Origin: Eledone cirrhosa
Taxonomy: Eukaryota
Assembly: GCA_964016885.1 (NCBI GenBank)
Contig: OZ024743.1
Span: 346,580,001 to 346,644,000 of the forward strand
Direction: 5' to 3'
DNA: 64,000 nt
Each line of letters opens with the position of its first letter. Within the stretch, counting starts at the first letter, position 1. The position numbers and the translations under genes were made by a program. Of this stretch, positions 12,741 through 25,314 are shown piece after piece. Below the pieces are notes generated by a model. It saw nothing but the letters and a program-made list of their open reading frames with translations. It had not been told where the DNA came from and searched no databases.

Positions 12741-13918
12741 GTTGAACGTAACAATAATGAGAATAACGATGACAATGATAATAGATATATGAATGAAGAG
12801 GAATACGATCTAGACAAATTGAAGGTGATGATGTTGGCGATGATGACGACGATGGTGGTGGAGATGATGACGGTGATTAACATAATCTTGATGTTTGTCG
12901 ATATGGTAATAAAGAAAATTATGTCGAAGATCATAAACTAACAAATTGTGAATATTACATAATTTTGATGAGAATTATTATCATAATTTTCATAATGATG
13001 ATCAGGATAGAAAGGGGGCGTTTGGGTGTACGGGATAAACGAGGACAATAATGATATTTGTGTTAAAAATGGATTTAGAGAACGAAACCGGTGATGACTG
13101 TGATAATAATAGTGATATTAACAATAGTAAGGATGGAGTTGCGGCGCCAATGTATTTTTGGGAATAAAGAAGAGAAATACTGGAAGTCATTCCGTGTCAT
13201 ACGTCTGTGCAGCTCAGAAGATCTTTCCCCATTAGAGGTCGAACATTTTTTCAACCCCCGTTTTACAATGTTTTTCTGTAAATAGTTTTCCGTCTTCTAT
13301 TGGTGTTGTCTGAAATATGTAGCTTTTGGCTAAATCGCATTTATTTTACAGGAAATAAAGGCTAGAAAAAGGGAGAGTTAAGTATTGTAGAGACGGAGGT
13401 AGTGAAATGGAATGAGTCTTATATATAGACAGGTATATACAGAAAAATATTTGTGCACAACCCTCATAATATGAGCACATCCAAATACACACACACATAC
13501 ACACTCACAAACACACACACGTACGCACACGCACACACACACACACATACATACATATATATATATGTTACTCACACACACCTACCTTTCTCTCTCTTTC
13601 TAAATATATATAGTACATTACTGATAGTTTATACACCATTATGTTCATTGTATATCATCGTTCATCTACGTGCACACATACGTACGTACATACATACATA
13701 CATAGATACATACATATATGCGTACATAGTTACATACGTGCACACATACATACACACCTAATAAATACATGATACATAATACTTACATACTTACATACAT
13801 ACATATGTACATATATGTGTATAATATTTCCACATATGCACTTATATTTAAGCACTTACATTCACATTCAACCGTATGACACATGACATAGTCTCACACA
13901 CATATACGCACACACACG

Positions 13919-13979
<61 letters not shown>

Positions 13980-14863
13980 ACTCTCACTCCCCCACACACT
14001 CGTGCATAATCGAACAACTCATTACAGTTCCTATACAGCCATCAATAGGCATGTATCCAACATTTCAGCGTCACAAACAGCATTATGAATGACGTTTCAC
14101 CAACTTCTCACCACCACCTCCTTCCTCACTTCGATTGAACCATATCCGGCACGTGATAGAGAAACTGAAAGTGAAAGTGCTGGCTTGCTCATTGTACATT
14201 AAGCTGCTGAATGTCTGACCAATAACAACAAAAATATATTCTAAGCCAGTAGCCCATTATGGCCGACCAGTGTCCAGTTTGCCATTCAATGTGTATTAAG
14301 ACCAATAATGCAGCGATTGACTTCATCACAGATCCACTTCCGCCTTGCACCTCTCTCACTGGCAGCGGCCATTGTTGATGGAATGTTTGTCAAATGGCGA
14401 ACTGGTGGAAATCTTTCCGATAAAACAACAACAAAAATAGTTGCAACAACAACAACAAAAACAGCAACAACCACAGTAGAAAGAATAAGAGAAACAACAG
14501 TAACAACTGCAACAAGAGCAACAGCGACAAAATAACACCAAACAACAATAACGACAGCTATAACAAAAACAGCATTAATCAAAGTAGCAAGTCTAACAGC
14601 AGCATTTGCAGTATAGTCGAGCTGATAGTAATGATAATACTGACACTGCTAAGCATCGAAACTCGGGTCGTAAACCATGTGACGCTGTTTCGATTCCAGT
14701 TAATTTCAAACTAGTTCATTTCCAACAGTATACTGCATAAAAGACCTACAATGTCTTTCTATTTTATAAATGTGTGATTTGGATAAAAACCACAAATCAG
14801 TATATTATGTATAAAACTAAATCAATGTGTCTTTGTCCCCACTTTTTTTTTAATGTTTGTTGT

Positions 14864-15048
14864 CGATTGGCAGTATCGGTAGAGGGTGGGACGCCATACT
14901 TTTCAGCATTGACTTACGGCTCTTTACGGTGTGAATTCAAATCCCAACGAGAATAACTTGCCTTTCATCCTTACGGTGGTTGATCAAATAAAGTACCAGT
15001 AATGCACTGAATAATTGCTAGCCTTGTGCTCAAAGTTAAACAATTATA
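14864..15048 (+). mobile_element. SINE family A
   Basis: Head, B box, central domain and tail recognisable. Confidence 0.88.
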
Positions 15049-15333
15049 TTAATATTGTTTTTGTTCAGTAGACTTAGGTGGGCCCCAATAAAAGATACTT
15101 AGTATTCAGTTTATAATATATCAAAGCTAGTGTATCTGTATCGGAGAGGTGGTGACAACAGAAGCGTTTCTCTTTATTGATATGAGATGGTAAGTAAGTA
15201 TGGGCGAGTTTGAAGAGGGACGGTAGTGACAGCGGTGACGGGGGTAGCACCGAAATTTAAAAAATCATTTTAAAAATATGTTTAAATTATATTATATGTA
15301 GTACATAAGTAATGAAGGACTGTAAATATATAA

Positions 15334-15470
15334 CGGCGGTTAATTGGCAGAGGCGTTAGAACGTGGGATTCAGTGCTTCGCGTTATTCGTTCCAGTTCTC
15401 TCTACCGAGGTCAAGTTTCACTTTCAACCTTTCGAGGTCGAAAAAAGTAGCAGTCTAGTACTGTCGTCGA
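15334..15470 (+). mobile_element. Older diverged SINE related to family A
   Basis: ggcggttaattggcagaggcgttaga...ccgaggtcaagtttcactttcaacctttcgaggtcg. Confidence 0.55.
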
Positions 15471-15689
15471 TTCTTCGTCTACATCACTTTCTCAGATACT
15501 CTCCTGTCACTTTTCATCCTTCTCTGAGGGAAATCTGATGTACACAGGCTTGGAGAGTGATGGCCCCAGCCAGGCTTAAATTGCCCAAGAAACGCCATGT
15601 CCCTACAGTGCCTATATGACTGCATCATAAGTTACGTGTCCATACCATACCGCTATATATATATATAAATATATATTTATATGTATACA

Positions 15690-15728
<39 letters not shown>

Positions 15729-16477
15729 GAAAACAGGGAGAAAGAGACGATTATTAGGAAGAAAAATTTTTTTTTTTTCCTTTTTTATTTCTCTCTCTCT
15801 TTATATATATATATATACCTGTGCGTATGTGCATGTGTAACGTATCAATAAACGTTTAAATTGTCATTGATTTTTAAAACTTCTCACTCTTTATTTATTG
15901 TCTAAGACTTTATTATCTATTGCGTCTTTTCTTTATTTAAGCAGGTAGGGTTTTATTTGAAGGAAACGTGCCTTTTAGTTGCGGCAGTTATTTGGACCAA
16001 CGTGGAATCTACTTCTTGATGTAGCAATGGCAGTGGGGAGCTTGGTGTTAAAGGAAAATATTAAAAACACTAAAAAGGGTATCTTATATTCCACAATAAG
16101 ACTTTGACAAAAAAAGATTCCACAGGCATAATACTTGAACGATATAGGCAATAAGAAACAGAATTGAATAAGCAAAATGAAAATAAGAAACAGGAAACAG
16201 AATCGATTGAGTAAGCGTAGACGAAGATGAGCCGCAAAGGGCGATCGTCATCGATTAGATAACAGACTGCGATTAGATGACTTTGACGAACCGTTAACTG
16301 ATTGATGGATAAATCAAACTGAAACTCAATAAGAACTCTGTTCTGATTGGCAGTATGACCTTCCCAATGTTTAAAAAAAAGTGAAATTGTTTAGTAGACA
16401 GATAGACAGAGATTGGGGAAATCTTAATTGTGGAACAAAATAATGTTTACCATTAGAAACTAGAACAGATATATAAT

Positions 16478-16662
16478 AATTGTTTCTACTTTTGGAACAA
16501 GGCCAGCAATTATTCCAGTGTATTACTGGAACTTTATTTTATCGACCCCGTAAGGATGAAAGGCAAAGTTAACCTCGGCGGAATTTGAACTCAGACCATA
16601 AAGAGCCGTAACTCTTTGCTGCAAAGCATGGCGTCCGACCCTCTACCGATAATGCCAACCCA
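16478..16662 (-). mobile_element. SINE family A, near full length
   Basis: Reverse complement of consensus; atatataat on both flanks. Confidence 0.9.
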
Positions 16663-17123
16663 TCTATATAATAATGCAAGTTATAAAATGAACTGCACAA
16701 TATCATTGACACTGGCTTCCTAGTCATAGCCGAATCACTGTGCATATGAACAGAAGATATAATCGTTTGGTTGTTGATGTTGTTTAGCCCGTATTTGAGC
16801 AGATCTAAGACCAATCGCACTGATAATCCCATCATTTCGTTTCATGCAGATATATTATCTAATGTATATTTTTCTTGTGTAATATAGATCGTTATTTTGA
16901 GTGATATGTAGATCGGATCTAAAAGGTCGAAAATGCTATATCTCTAAACCATGGGTCTGAAACACCGTTCCAGTATTTAGTATTGAAGAAATAGCCCCAT
17001 TCCACAATAGTACGTCGGTGCCCATAGGAAAAATTAGTTTATATATCTTCGCTTTATGCTATGACAAAATCAGTTTTGCGCTTATGCTACTGACTAGCAC
17101 AATGTGCGGTTATGTGTGGTTAA

Positions 17124-18590
17124 TCTATATATATAAAACTGTGGTTGTCTGTCTGTCTATCGATTTTTGGCACACATCTCCTCTTAGAATCTCCGACGGA
17201 ATTGCACCGAAATTGCTATACTTGTACATTGAGCCCTAGCGAAGACATCGGAAAAAAAATATTTCAAATTGACCCGCCCTATCTGACGAAATCGAATATA
17301 ATGTATCGATTTTTGAGCGTAAGTGATCAGTTATTTCCCTTTGTTCTGTTTACATTGAGCGTCTGCGTACAAAAATTAAAAAAATTACGCTGGCTTTCTC
17401 AGCGTTTAAAATGACATTAACACAATAATTTTTACTTGAAAACAAGTCTATTTAAAGACTACGTAAAACAAGCAAATATTTCGTAAAAAAAAGCAAAAAT
17501 TATATAAGTTTATTTAAAATATATGTATCTGTAAATTTCGTTAGGCGTGCAGTCAGTTTTATATATATAGATGATAAACAATAATATCCTCTATGAGGTC
17601 ACTAAACCTGCTAGAAACAGCAGCTAACTCTCCCTCATATCACACTACTCCCTACTGTCTTAAATTTAGAAAACACATATCCTCTATGAGGTTACTAAAC
17701 CTGCTAGAAACAGCAGCTAACTCTCCCTCATATCACACCACTCCCTACTGTCTTAAATTTAGAAAACACATATCCTCTATGAGGTTACTAAACCTGCTAG
17801 AAACAGTAGCTAACTCTCCCCCATATCATACCCCTCCCTACTGTCTTAAATTTAGAAAACATATCTTCTATGAGGTCACTAAACCTGCTAGAAACAGCAG
17901 CTAACTCTCCCTCATATCACACCCCTCCCTACTGTCTTAAATTTAGAAAACATATCCTCTATGAGGTCACTAAACCTGCTAGAAACAGCAGCTAACTCTC
18001 CCCCATATCACACCCCTCTCTACTGTCTTAATTTAGAAAACATATCTTCTATGAGGTCACTAAACCTGCTAGAAACAGCAGCTAACTCTCCCTCATATCA
18101 CACCACTCCCTACTGTCTTAAATTTAGAAAACACATATCCTCTATGAGGTCACTAAACCTGCTAGAAACAGCAGCTAACTCTCCCTCATATCACACCACT
18201 CCCTACTGTCTTAAATTTAGAAAACACATAGCCTCTATGAGGTCACTAAACCTGCTAGAAACAACAGCTAACTCTCCCTCATATCACAACCCTCCCTACT
18301 GTCTTAAATTTAGAAAACACACAGACAACCATGCAGAACAACTCCATCGCAGCTCTGTTGTTCGGCTGGCATCGTCTACTCGCGTGTTGCGCAAGTACTG
18401 TGAAACAATAAATTTCAACACTTTTTTGCACAGAGATAATATCCATAGGCGAAACTACAATTGTCACTGCTGGCGCAGCTCATGCTTCCAGGTCTGCAAT
18501 TCATTCACCCAGTGCCTGGCAGACAAAAAAGTGCTGCAACCTAACTTTGTTAACTTAATGACCCCGAGCAACGCCGGGCTTTAATGCTAG
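17124..18590 (+). mobile_element. Non-autonomous Helitron (about 1.47 kb)
   Basis: A|TC start (tctatatatataaaact..gtctgtctgtct), 3' hairpin cccgagcaacgccggg (18563-18578), then CTAG|T; no TSD. Confidence 0.85.
17584..18320 (+). repeat. Minisatellite, 8 units of 90-93 bp, inside the Helitron
   Basis: atgaggt(c/t)actaaacctgctagaaac recurs at 17593, 17686, 17779, 17870, 17961, 18051, 18144, 18237. Confidence 0.95.
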
Positions 18591-18949
18591 TTATTGTTAA
18601 ATTTGTGTGTTTCTTTGCTTGTTGTTCATGAGCAAGTTTACTAGTTATTGTCGGTAACTGGGGTGGTACTGTTGGTTGTAATGTTGCTGGTAGTGTTGCT
18701 TGTTTTGACTTTTGTGTTGTTGGTGATGGGAATTGGTGTTCTTACGGACGTGTTTACATTTGGCGCGCGTATTGGAGTGAGACTACAAATTTATTTTTGT
18801 TTAATTTTTCTATATCTTTTTTTCTTGTTTTGGGGGCATTTTGGTTCCACCCCCTCTGCTCTGTGAGAAGAGGATGTATTGATGTCTGCGAAATCAGACT
18901 GGATGTTGATGGATGTGTGTTTGTGAGAATGTATATGTGTACGTATATG

Positions 18950-19330
18950 TTTGATTGAGTGGTAGAAAGTGGTCAACAGAGAGCTGGTTGGAAGAAGCAC
19001 TGGGTGGTGTTGTTGATGGCGTTTTCGTCTATTGTTGACGTTGGTGTTCGTTGTGGTGCTGTTAGTGATGTGTTTGTTAATGATCTTGTTTCTGCCAGCT
19101 GTTGTTGGTATTGCTACTGTTACCAGTTTGATGGTGTTGTTGTTGGAACACTAGTGTTAGAAGTAAGGGGACCCTGTAATTCCTTTTTCTTCCCTTGTAG
19201 ATAGAAAGTTTTTAGGCGGTTAGTATCACGAAGCAGAAGGCAGGTAGGCTTTCTGTCCACAGCTACATGTTGCTTAATCGCATCTGGTAGGCGAATGCGA
19301 TCTTGCATCCTAGCCTACTTTTCTGGTTAG
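18950..19330 (-). mobile_element. LINE ORF1-like relic
   Basis: VAVDRKPTCLLLRDTNRLKTFYLQGKKKELQGPL resembles a decayed zinc knuckle; shares ggaccctgta.ttcc with about 34590. Confidence 0.4.
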
Positions 19331-20511
19331 ATGTGGAGCATAACCACCAAATTGATCACAGGCCAGCGTCGTAGATGGTGTTGGTGGTGTGTTTCTGCTG
19401 TTTTTATTTGTTTTGTTTTTTTTTCATGATCTGTTGGTTGATAGTGGTTTTGATGTTGATGGTTATGGTGGTGACCGCCACCTTCATATCTACCACCAGA
19501 ATCTCCCTCAAATCACACGGAAGGACGAAATCTGTATCGACATAAAAGAGGATGATCATATCTGATTCGAGTTTTGACCGCTTGGTGTATCAGGAACTAC
19601 ATTGTACATACGTTTAACAATCATGTTTCGGGTTTGATCCTACTTCATGGCATTTTCAGCAAATGTCATTTAACATAGCCCCGGATCTACCCAAATTTTA
19701 TATGTGAAATTACGTAGACAGAAATTTGTCTCACTGTGACACGCTGAATTTCTCTGAGGATTAAGTTATGTTTTAATAGTATGTTCCTTCACTTGCTTGC
19801 CAACGTTAGAGTGGGCTATTCCGTATATAAAATAGTTGTTGATAAAACCATCGTCGGAACTGATGGCATTTATTTTTTAAATCTAGTATGTAAGTATGTA
19901 AGTGTATGTGATATAAATCTAATTAAGTTTATGTGGGCGCATGTGTCGATTTGTATTTATTGCTATGCTCATGTCCGTATTCACATATGTCACTATGGAA
20001 TCATGCTAGATAAGCTATTTATATGTTAATGTATCATATTTATAAGTTATGTATTGTGTGTGTGTGATAATGTATAGGTCAGTATAGGTCAGTAAGATAA
20101 GCAAGATAGATGAGATAACTATGTATAATATAGCCAACCTACATATTTTTGTATATATATATGTACGTATATCATTTTTTTATGCCTATTATTGTTGCAT
20201 GCATGTTACACCATATTTCTACTATTGTACATCATTCCACTTATTAGGTGTGACCATGCTGGAACGATTCCAAAATAATACAAATTAGGACAGTTGAGTA
20301 CTTGTAAATAACTATTGCAGAATTTCTCACTATACTAGAAATGTCCTGTTTCACTAACCATCTTGCATAATGATTGCTAGATGGACTGAAACACTAATGG
20401 TCTATCGAAGATTTTATGAAACAGAATATCTGGAATGTTTATGCTTCCACCCAACAATAAAGAAATCCTTTAATATTATCATCATTAATGTTATAATGTT
20501 ATATATATATA

Positions 20512-20578
<67 letters not shown>

Positions 20579-20611
20579 CGTGTGCGTGCGTGTGCGTGTG
20601 TGTATCTATAT

Positions 20612-21440
20612 ATAAAAAAGAAAATTTCGCTCTTCATGGCTGAATACAATAAATGTAATCTGAGATTTTCGAATATTAATAATAACATTCGATTCGTTTG
20701 CAATTTTGCAAACAAGCCTCAATTTTATAGCCATGTCAGTAGAATGAACCCTTCATTTTTGTTCTTGTGTTGGCATGCGAACAGAACTGCAGACACTAAT
20801 GTTTCTGGGTATCACCCTTCGTGAGTACAGTTCACTGTTCACCTGCTAAACTGTCAGAGCTAGTGAATGCTATTTTCAATGCTATTTTCAAAAATACACA
20901 GTGACTGATGGGCCTGATTTGCATATTAGCAGACTGGCTGATCAGTCAGATCTGCATATTAGCAGATCCACGGATCAGCCAGATTTGCATACCAGCAGAC
21001 TGGCCAGTCAGTTTACGAGCGATAAATGGTCGACTTTGTTAAATTCAAATAAAAAAGAAAATTTCGCTTTACATGGCTGAATACAATAAAGGTAACCTGA
21101 GTTTCTCGAATATTACTAATAACATTCGATTCGTTTGCAATTTTGCAAACAAGCCTCAATTTGATTGCCATTTCAGTAGAATGAACACTTCATTCTTGCT
21201 CTTTGTTGGCACTGTGTATTTTTGAAAATAGCATATATTTTCACTAGCTCTGACAGTTTAGCAGGTGAACCCAGTGATACCCAGAAACATTAGTGTCTGC
21301 AGTTCTGTTCGCATGCGAACACAAGAGCAAGAATGAAGTGTTCATTCTACTGACATGGCTATAAAATTGAGGCTTGTTTGCAAAATTGCAAACGAATCGA
21401 ATGTTATTAGTAATATTCGAAAAACTCAGATTACATTTAT
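20612..21440. repeat. Complex direct plus inverted repeat (fold-back)
   Basis: 20612-20775 is repeated directly from 21049 (437 bp period); 21210-21440 is the reverse complement of 20649-20903. Confidence 0.9.
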
Positions 21441-21996
21441 CTATATATATATCTATATATAATGTGCAAAAGAGAGACGTAGACACTTGTCTACTGTAAA
21501 GTAACTCAAGCTGCTTTGAGTTTGTATTTAACTTTCAAAACTCCTGGGCCTCTAAAATTAGAAAATAATAACCCACACCTGTTTAACACAATTAATACCA
21601 AATTCCCCAAAGTGCTAAGGTGTTTATTTTAAAAATAGTTATATTTATCTTAACTTATTCCATCATAAGTTTATGTAAGAACACCAACTTAATAATGAGA
21701 AAATCCTCTCAATTATTTGATTATTTTCCAATACCAGGCACGGTATTTTATCAACTATACGGCAAAAGGTGTCAATGCACTTTCGGTTCAAAATTAAAAT
21801 TTCCAAGTTATTTGAAACAGGAACTAGAGATAGTCAAATAAACCAACATTACTATAATATTCTTGGCTTGCATCAAGCATAGTGTTAAGAGGTAAATTCC
21901 AGGCATGTAGAACATGCAAGTCAACTTTGGTGGCCTGTTGAATTCTTTGCCTTATTTTCACACCGATCGTGTCGTAATAGATAGAAAAAGATGATA

Positions 21997-22015
21997 GAGA
22001 TAGATAGATAAATGG

Positions 22016-22083
<68 letters not shown>
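21997..22083. repeat. (GATA)n microsatellite
   Basis: Direct reading. Confidence 0.95.
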
Positions 22084-22084
<1 letters not shown>

Positions 22085-23606
22085 GTGGAAGAGGGTGAGA
22101 GAGAGAAAGAGAGGGGAGAGAGAACGAAAGAAAAACAATAAGAAAGATAAATCAGAGGCGGGAAATAGAGAAACATAAATGTTGCAGCATCCTATTTCAA
22201 AATCTTCGAAAAATATACATGTACGCATATTTCCAATGGCATTACTATTTCAAGGATATAGAATGTTTTGCATCTTTTGATTAAAGCTTGCAACATATTT
22301 ACAGATAAGAGACTTTCTCTTCGATACTGGTTGGGTTACAATTGCTATCTATTTTATATGATTATTAATTTTATCAAGCGTGCAATAAATCATGAGATCA
22401 ATTTAAGAATGACATTATTTTTATTGTATTATTATTGTTGTTGTTGTTGTTGTTGTCTTTCCTCTTAGTATTGTTGTTGTTTGTGGTATTATTATTTTCT
22501 GTTTCCTTTCATTTCTTCTATTTCCCCTTTTTTCCTCCTCCCCTCCATATTCTCTGTTCTGTGTCTAATCTTTTCTCATTCTATTACATCTATTATTGTT
22601 TTTATTTTATATCATATTTTATTTTATTGTAAGAAATCGTTAGAAAATGATAGCAGGCATTATATAATTGGAAAGCGAGAATAAATGCGCAGTGTGTATC
22701 CGTTTGTCGAAACAGATGCGTATTAAACTGAAATGTCATGTCTCCTAAATCGAAAGAGAGACATATTTTTGTTAAACACGAATATATATGTGTTTCTCTT
22801 ATGGTTCTAACTAATCTTCATAATGGTCGTTACGTTTCTTAGTCAACTTTCTCATACAACATATTCAACGCGCAGATGGTGGATTAGGTTGTCATCCGTG
22901 TTACAGCGCAACTGGATTAAACTCCGCTGAAATAGGCGATGGCAGGACGATAAAAAGAGCAAAAGAGATAAAACATAGAGGAATTATGTCGGCAAGCAAG
23001 AAACTACTCTAAGAGATGTTATTATGCTTATGGTGCTACAAACATGTCAGAAGGATCAAGAAATGAAACCGAGAAAAGCATAATTTTCTTAAAGATGTTA
23101 AATTTGAATAAGTATTACATTATTGACCTGTCAAAGGGCTGATCCTTAGAAGAGCCTTCGGGCTGAACGATGAAATATCAAGTTTAAAGTTTGATGACAG
23201 TGATTGGATACTATCACTTGACCTAATGACCTTTCTGGAGGTGGGAGTTATAGGTGGAGTTATAGGTGTAGTAAGAGACGAAGTGGGGATAAAGAAGGTG
23301 ATGGTTTGCTATGTGAACTCTTGAAGCAATGAATAAGAGAGAAGATGAAGAGAAAGCAGGAAAAGATAAATCTTCTCTCTCTATATAAATACATATAAAA
23401 CCTAAATACATTCATTTATTTCCCATTTCTCTTATTCCTAGAAAAAGGTTCGAAGTAATAATTACAAGACATGATTAAGACAGATTAACCTTGTATTTAT
23501 TTATTTATGTAATTTTGCTTTTTGGGGAGGGGGGGGCTACATAACATCACATCTGTATGGTCAAATTTAATGCATAGCGGTATATACATATATTCACATG
23601 ATACAG

Positions 23607-23629
23607 CTTGTTGTTGTTGTTCTTCTTCT

Positions 23630-23661
<32 letters not shown>

Positions 23662-23710
23662 TTCTTCTTCTCATCATCATCATTCTCCTCCTCCTCCAAA
23701 TACTACTACA

Positions 23711-23750
<40 letters not shown>

Positions 23751-23844
23751 ATACTACTACTACGACTACTTATACTACTACTACTACTACTACTACTATG
23801 GCTGCTGCTGCCTCTGATGCTACTGCTACTACTACTACTACTAC
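23607..23844. repeat. Compound trinucleotide tract (TGT/TCT/TCA/TCC/TAC/GCT)
   Basis: Consecutive triplet runs. Confidence 0.93.
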
Positions 23845-24409
23845 AATTAGTGGCTTCTAGCACAGACCCAAGTCCATCAATTTTAGTGCGGAAAAGAAAG
23901 TCAATTAAATTCACCCTAGTATTATTTAAGTAGTACTTTATTTTTTCGACCCCGTAAAGATGGAAGCTAAAGTTGAACGTGGCAGAATTAAGCCGTGAGC
24001 GAACTCCTTAATCACTTAACCATACCTTCTGAGTAATAAATTCCAGAGCCCATAAGTCAAAGTTACCTCCACCATTGTCCCATATTAGAGTTCCTGCAAA
24101 TATCATAATTGGCGGTATTCCTCATCTAAGTCGTAAAAGAAATTTTGCGAGAGATTTCGCCCTGTGCGATAAAATTTTATTATTATAATTATTTTATAAT
24201 CCATAGCCCTATTCGGTGCCCCGAGGACTGGTGGGGATTGATGTGTCCCTAAATCGAATACTTGCATCAAATTGGAATTCTCTAAGAGCATCCACATGAC
24301 AAGTACTTGATTTAAATCAGGTCAGGTATGATATCTACTTCCCTAGAGCCTAAAGAGACGCGCAAGGAATCTAGTTCAAATCTAATAATTCTAGCAACCC
24401 TCTACCCTG

Positions 24410-24550
24410 AAATGGTACTTTATTTCATCGACATCAAAATAATGAAAGGCAGAGTTGGCCTCCACAGGATTTGAACACAGAGAGCAAGGATCTGGAATAC
24501 ATTTTGTAAGGCATTTTATCCGACACTCCAACGATTCAGTCAATTGCCGC
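24410..24550 (-). mobile_element. Diverged SINE related to family A
   Basis: tggtacttttatttcatcgac...tgaaaggcagagttggcctc...ggatttgaac. Confidence 0.6.
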
Positions 24551-24842
24551 GACGATTCCTAAATTAGACACAACGTCGCATAATATGCAGCAGAATAGAG
24601 AGTAGATTAGATATTCCCATGTATATGTCTTGTATTTATTTTATCGAGGCCTCAACGCAAATTTAAACCCGGTGGTAATTGAGCACACAACGTAACAGTA
24701 CGTAGTTAAATACTAATTCAGCCATTAAACATGTTTTGTCATAATTCTAAAGAAATACATATCCCCTGTCTCAAATTATTTTGAAAATAATGAATTATTT
24801 TCGAGAATTTAATATTTAGCATACCATATTAAGTTAATAGAG

Positions 24843-25108
24843 CGCGGTGGATTGGCAGTATCGACAGAGGGTCGGACCCTATGCTTCGCAGCATACAGTT
24901 ACAGCCCTTTACGTTCTGAGTTCAAATCTCGTCGAGGTTAGTTTTGCCTTTCACCCTTACGGGGTCAGTAAATAATGCACCAGTAAGGCACTGGTGTCGA
25001 TTTAATCGCTGTTCCCTTCACCCCCCCCCCCCCCCCACACACACACACACACCCACAACAAAAAGAAAAGTTGGCTGGCCTTGTGTCTAAAGTAGAAACA
25101 ATTATTAT
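24843..25108 (+). mobile_element. SINE family A, long form
   Basis: Contains the extra gtcgatttaatcg..(C)n segment that short-form copies lack. Confidence 0.88.
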
Positions 25109-25147
25109 GTTGAGTAGAAATGTTAGAACATCGCACAAATGCTTAAT

Positions 25148-25314
25148 TGTTTCTACTTTTGGCACAAGGCCAGCAATTACCCAGTGCATTACTGGTACTT
25201 TATTTTATCGACCCCGTAAGGATGAAAGGCAAAGTCAACCTCGGCGGGATAGGGACGTAACTATGCTGGAAAGCATGGCGTCCGACCCTCTACCGATACT
25301 GCCAATCCACCGCC
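25148..25314 (-). mobile_element. SINE family A with TSD and B-box deletion
   Basis: catcgcacaaatgcttaat at 25129-25147 and 25315-25333; lacks ttacgatctgagttcaa relative to the 3834 copy. Confidence 0.93.

Noticed and set aside
14636-14672. tactgacactgctaagcatcgaaactcgggtcgta as a hammerhead
   Set aside because: Core incomplete and stem I only 3 bp
17584-18320. Regular array as CRISPR, or ORF 17961-18584 as a repeat protein
   Set aside because: Units are contiguous with no unique spacers, there are no cas genes and the context is eukaryotic; 91-bp units break the frame
23522-23933. Poly-Ser/His/Thr/Ala ORF as a low-complexity exon
   Set aside because: Open in several frames because it is a triplet-repeat tract; no unique coding flank
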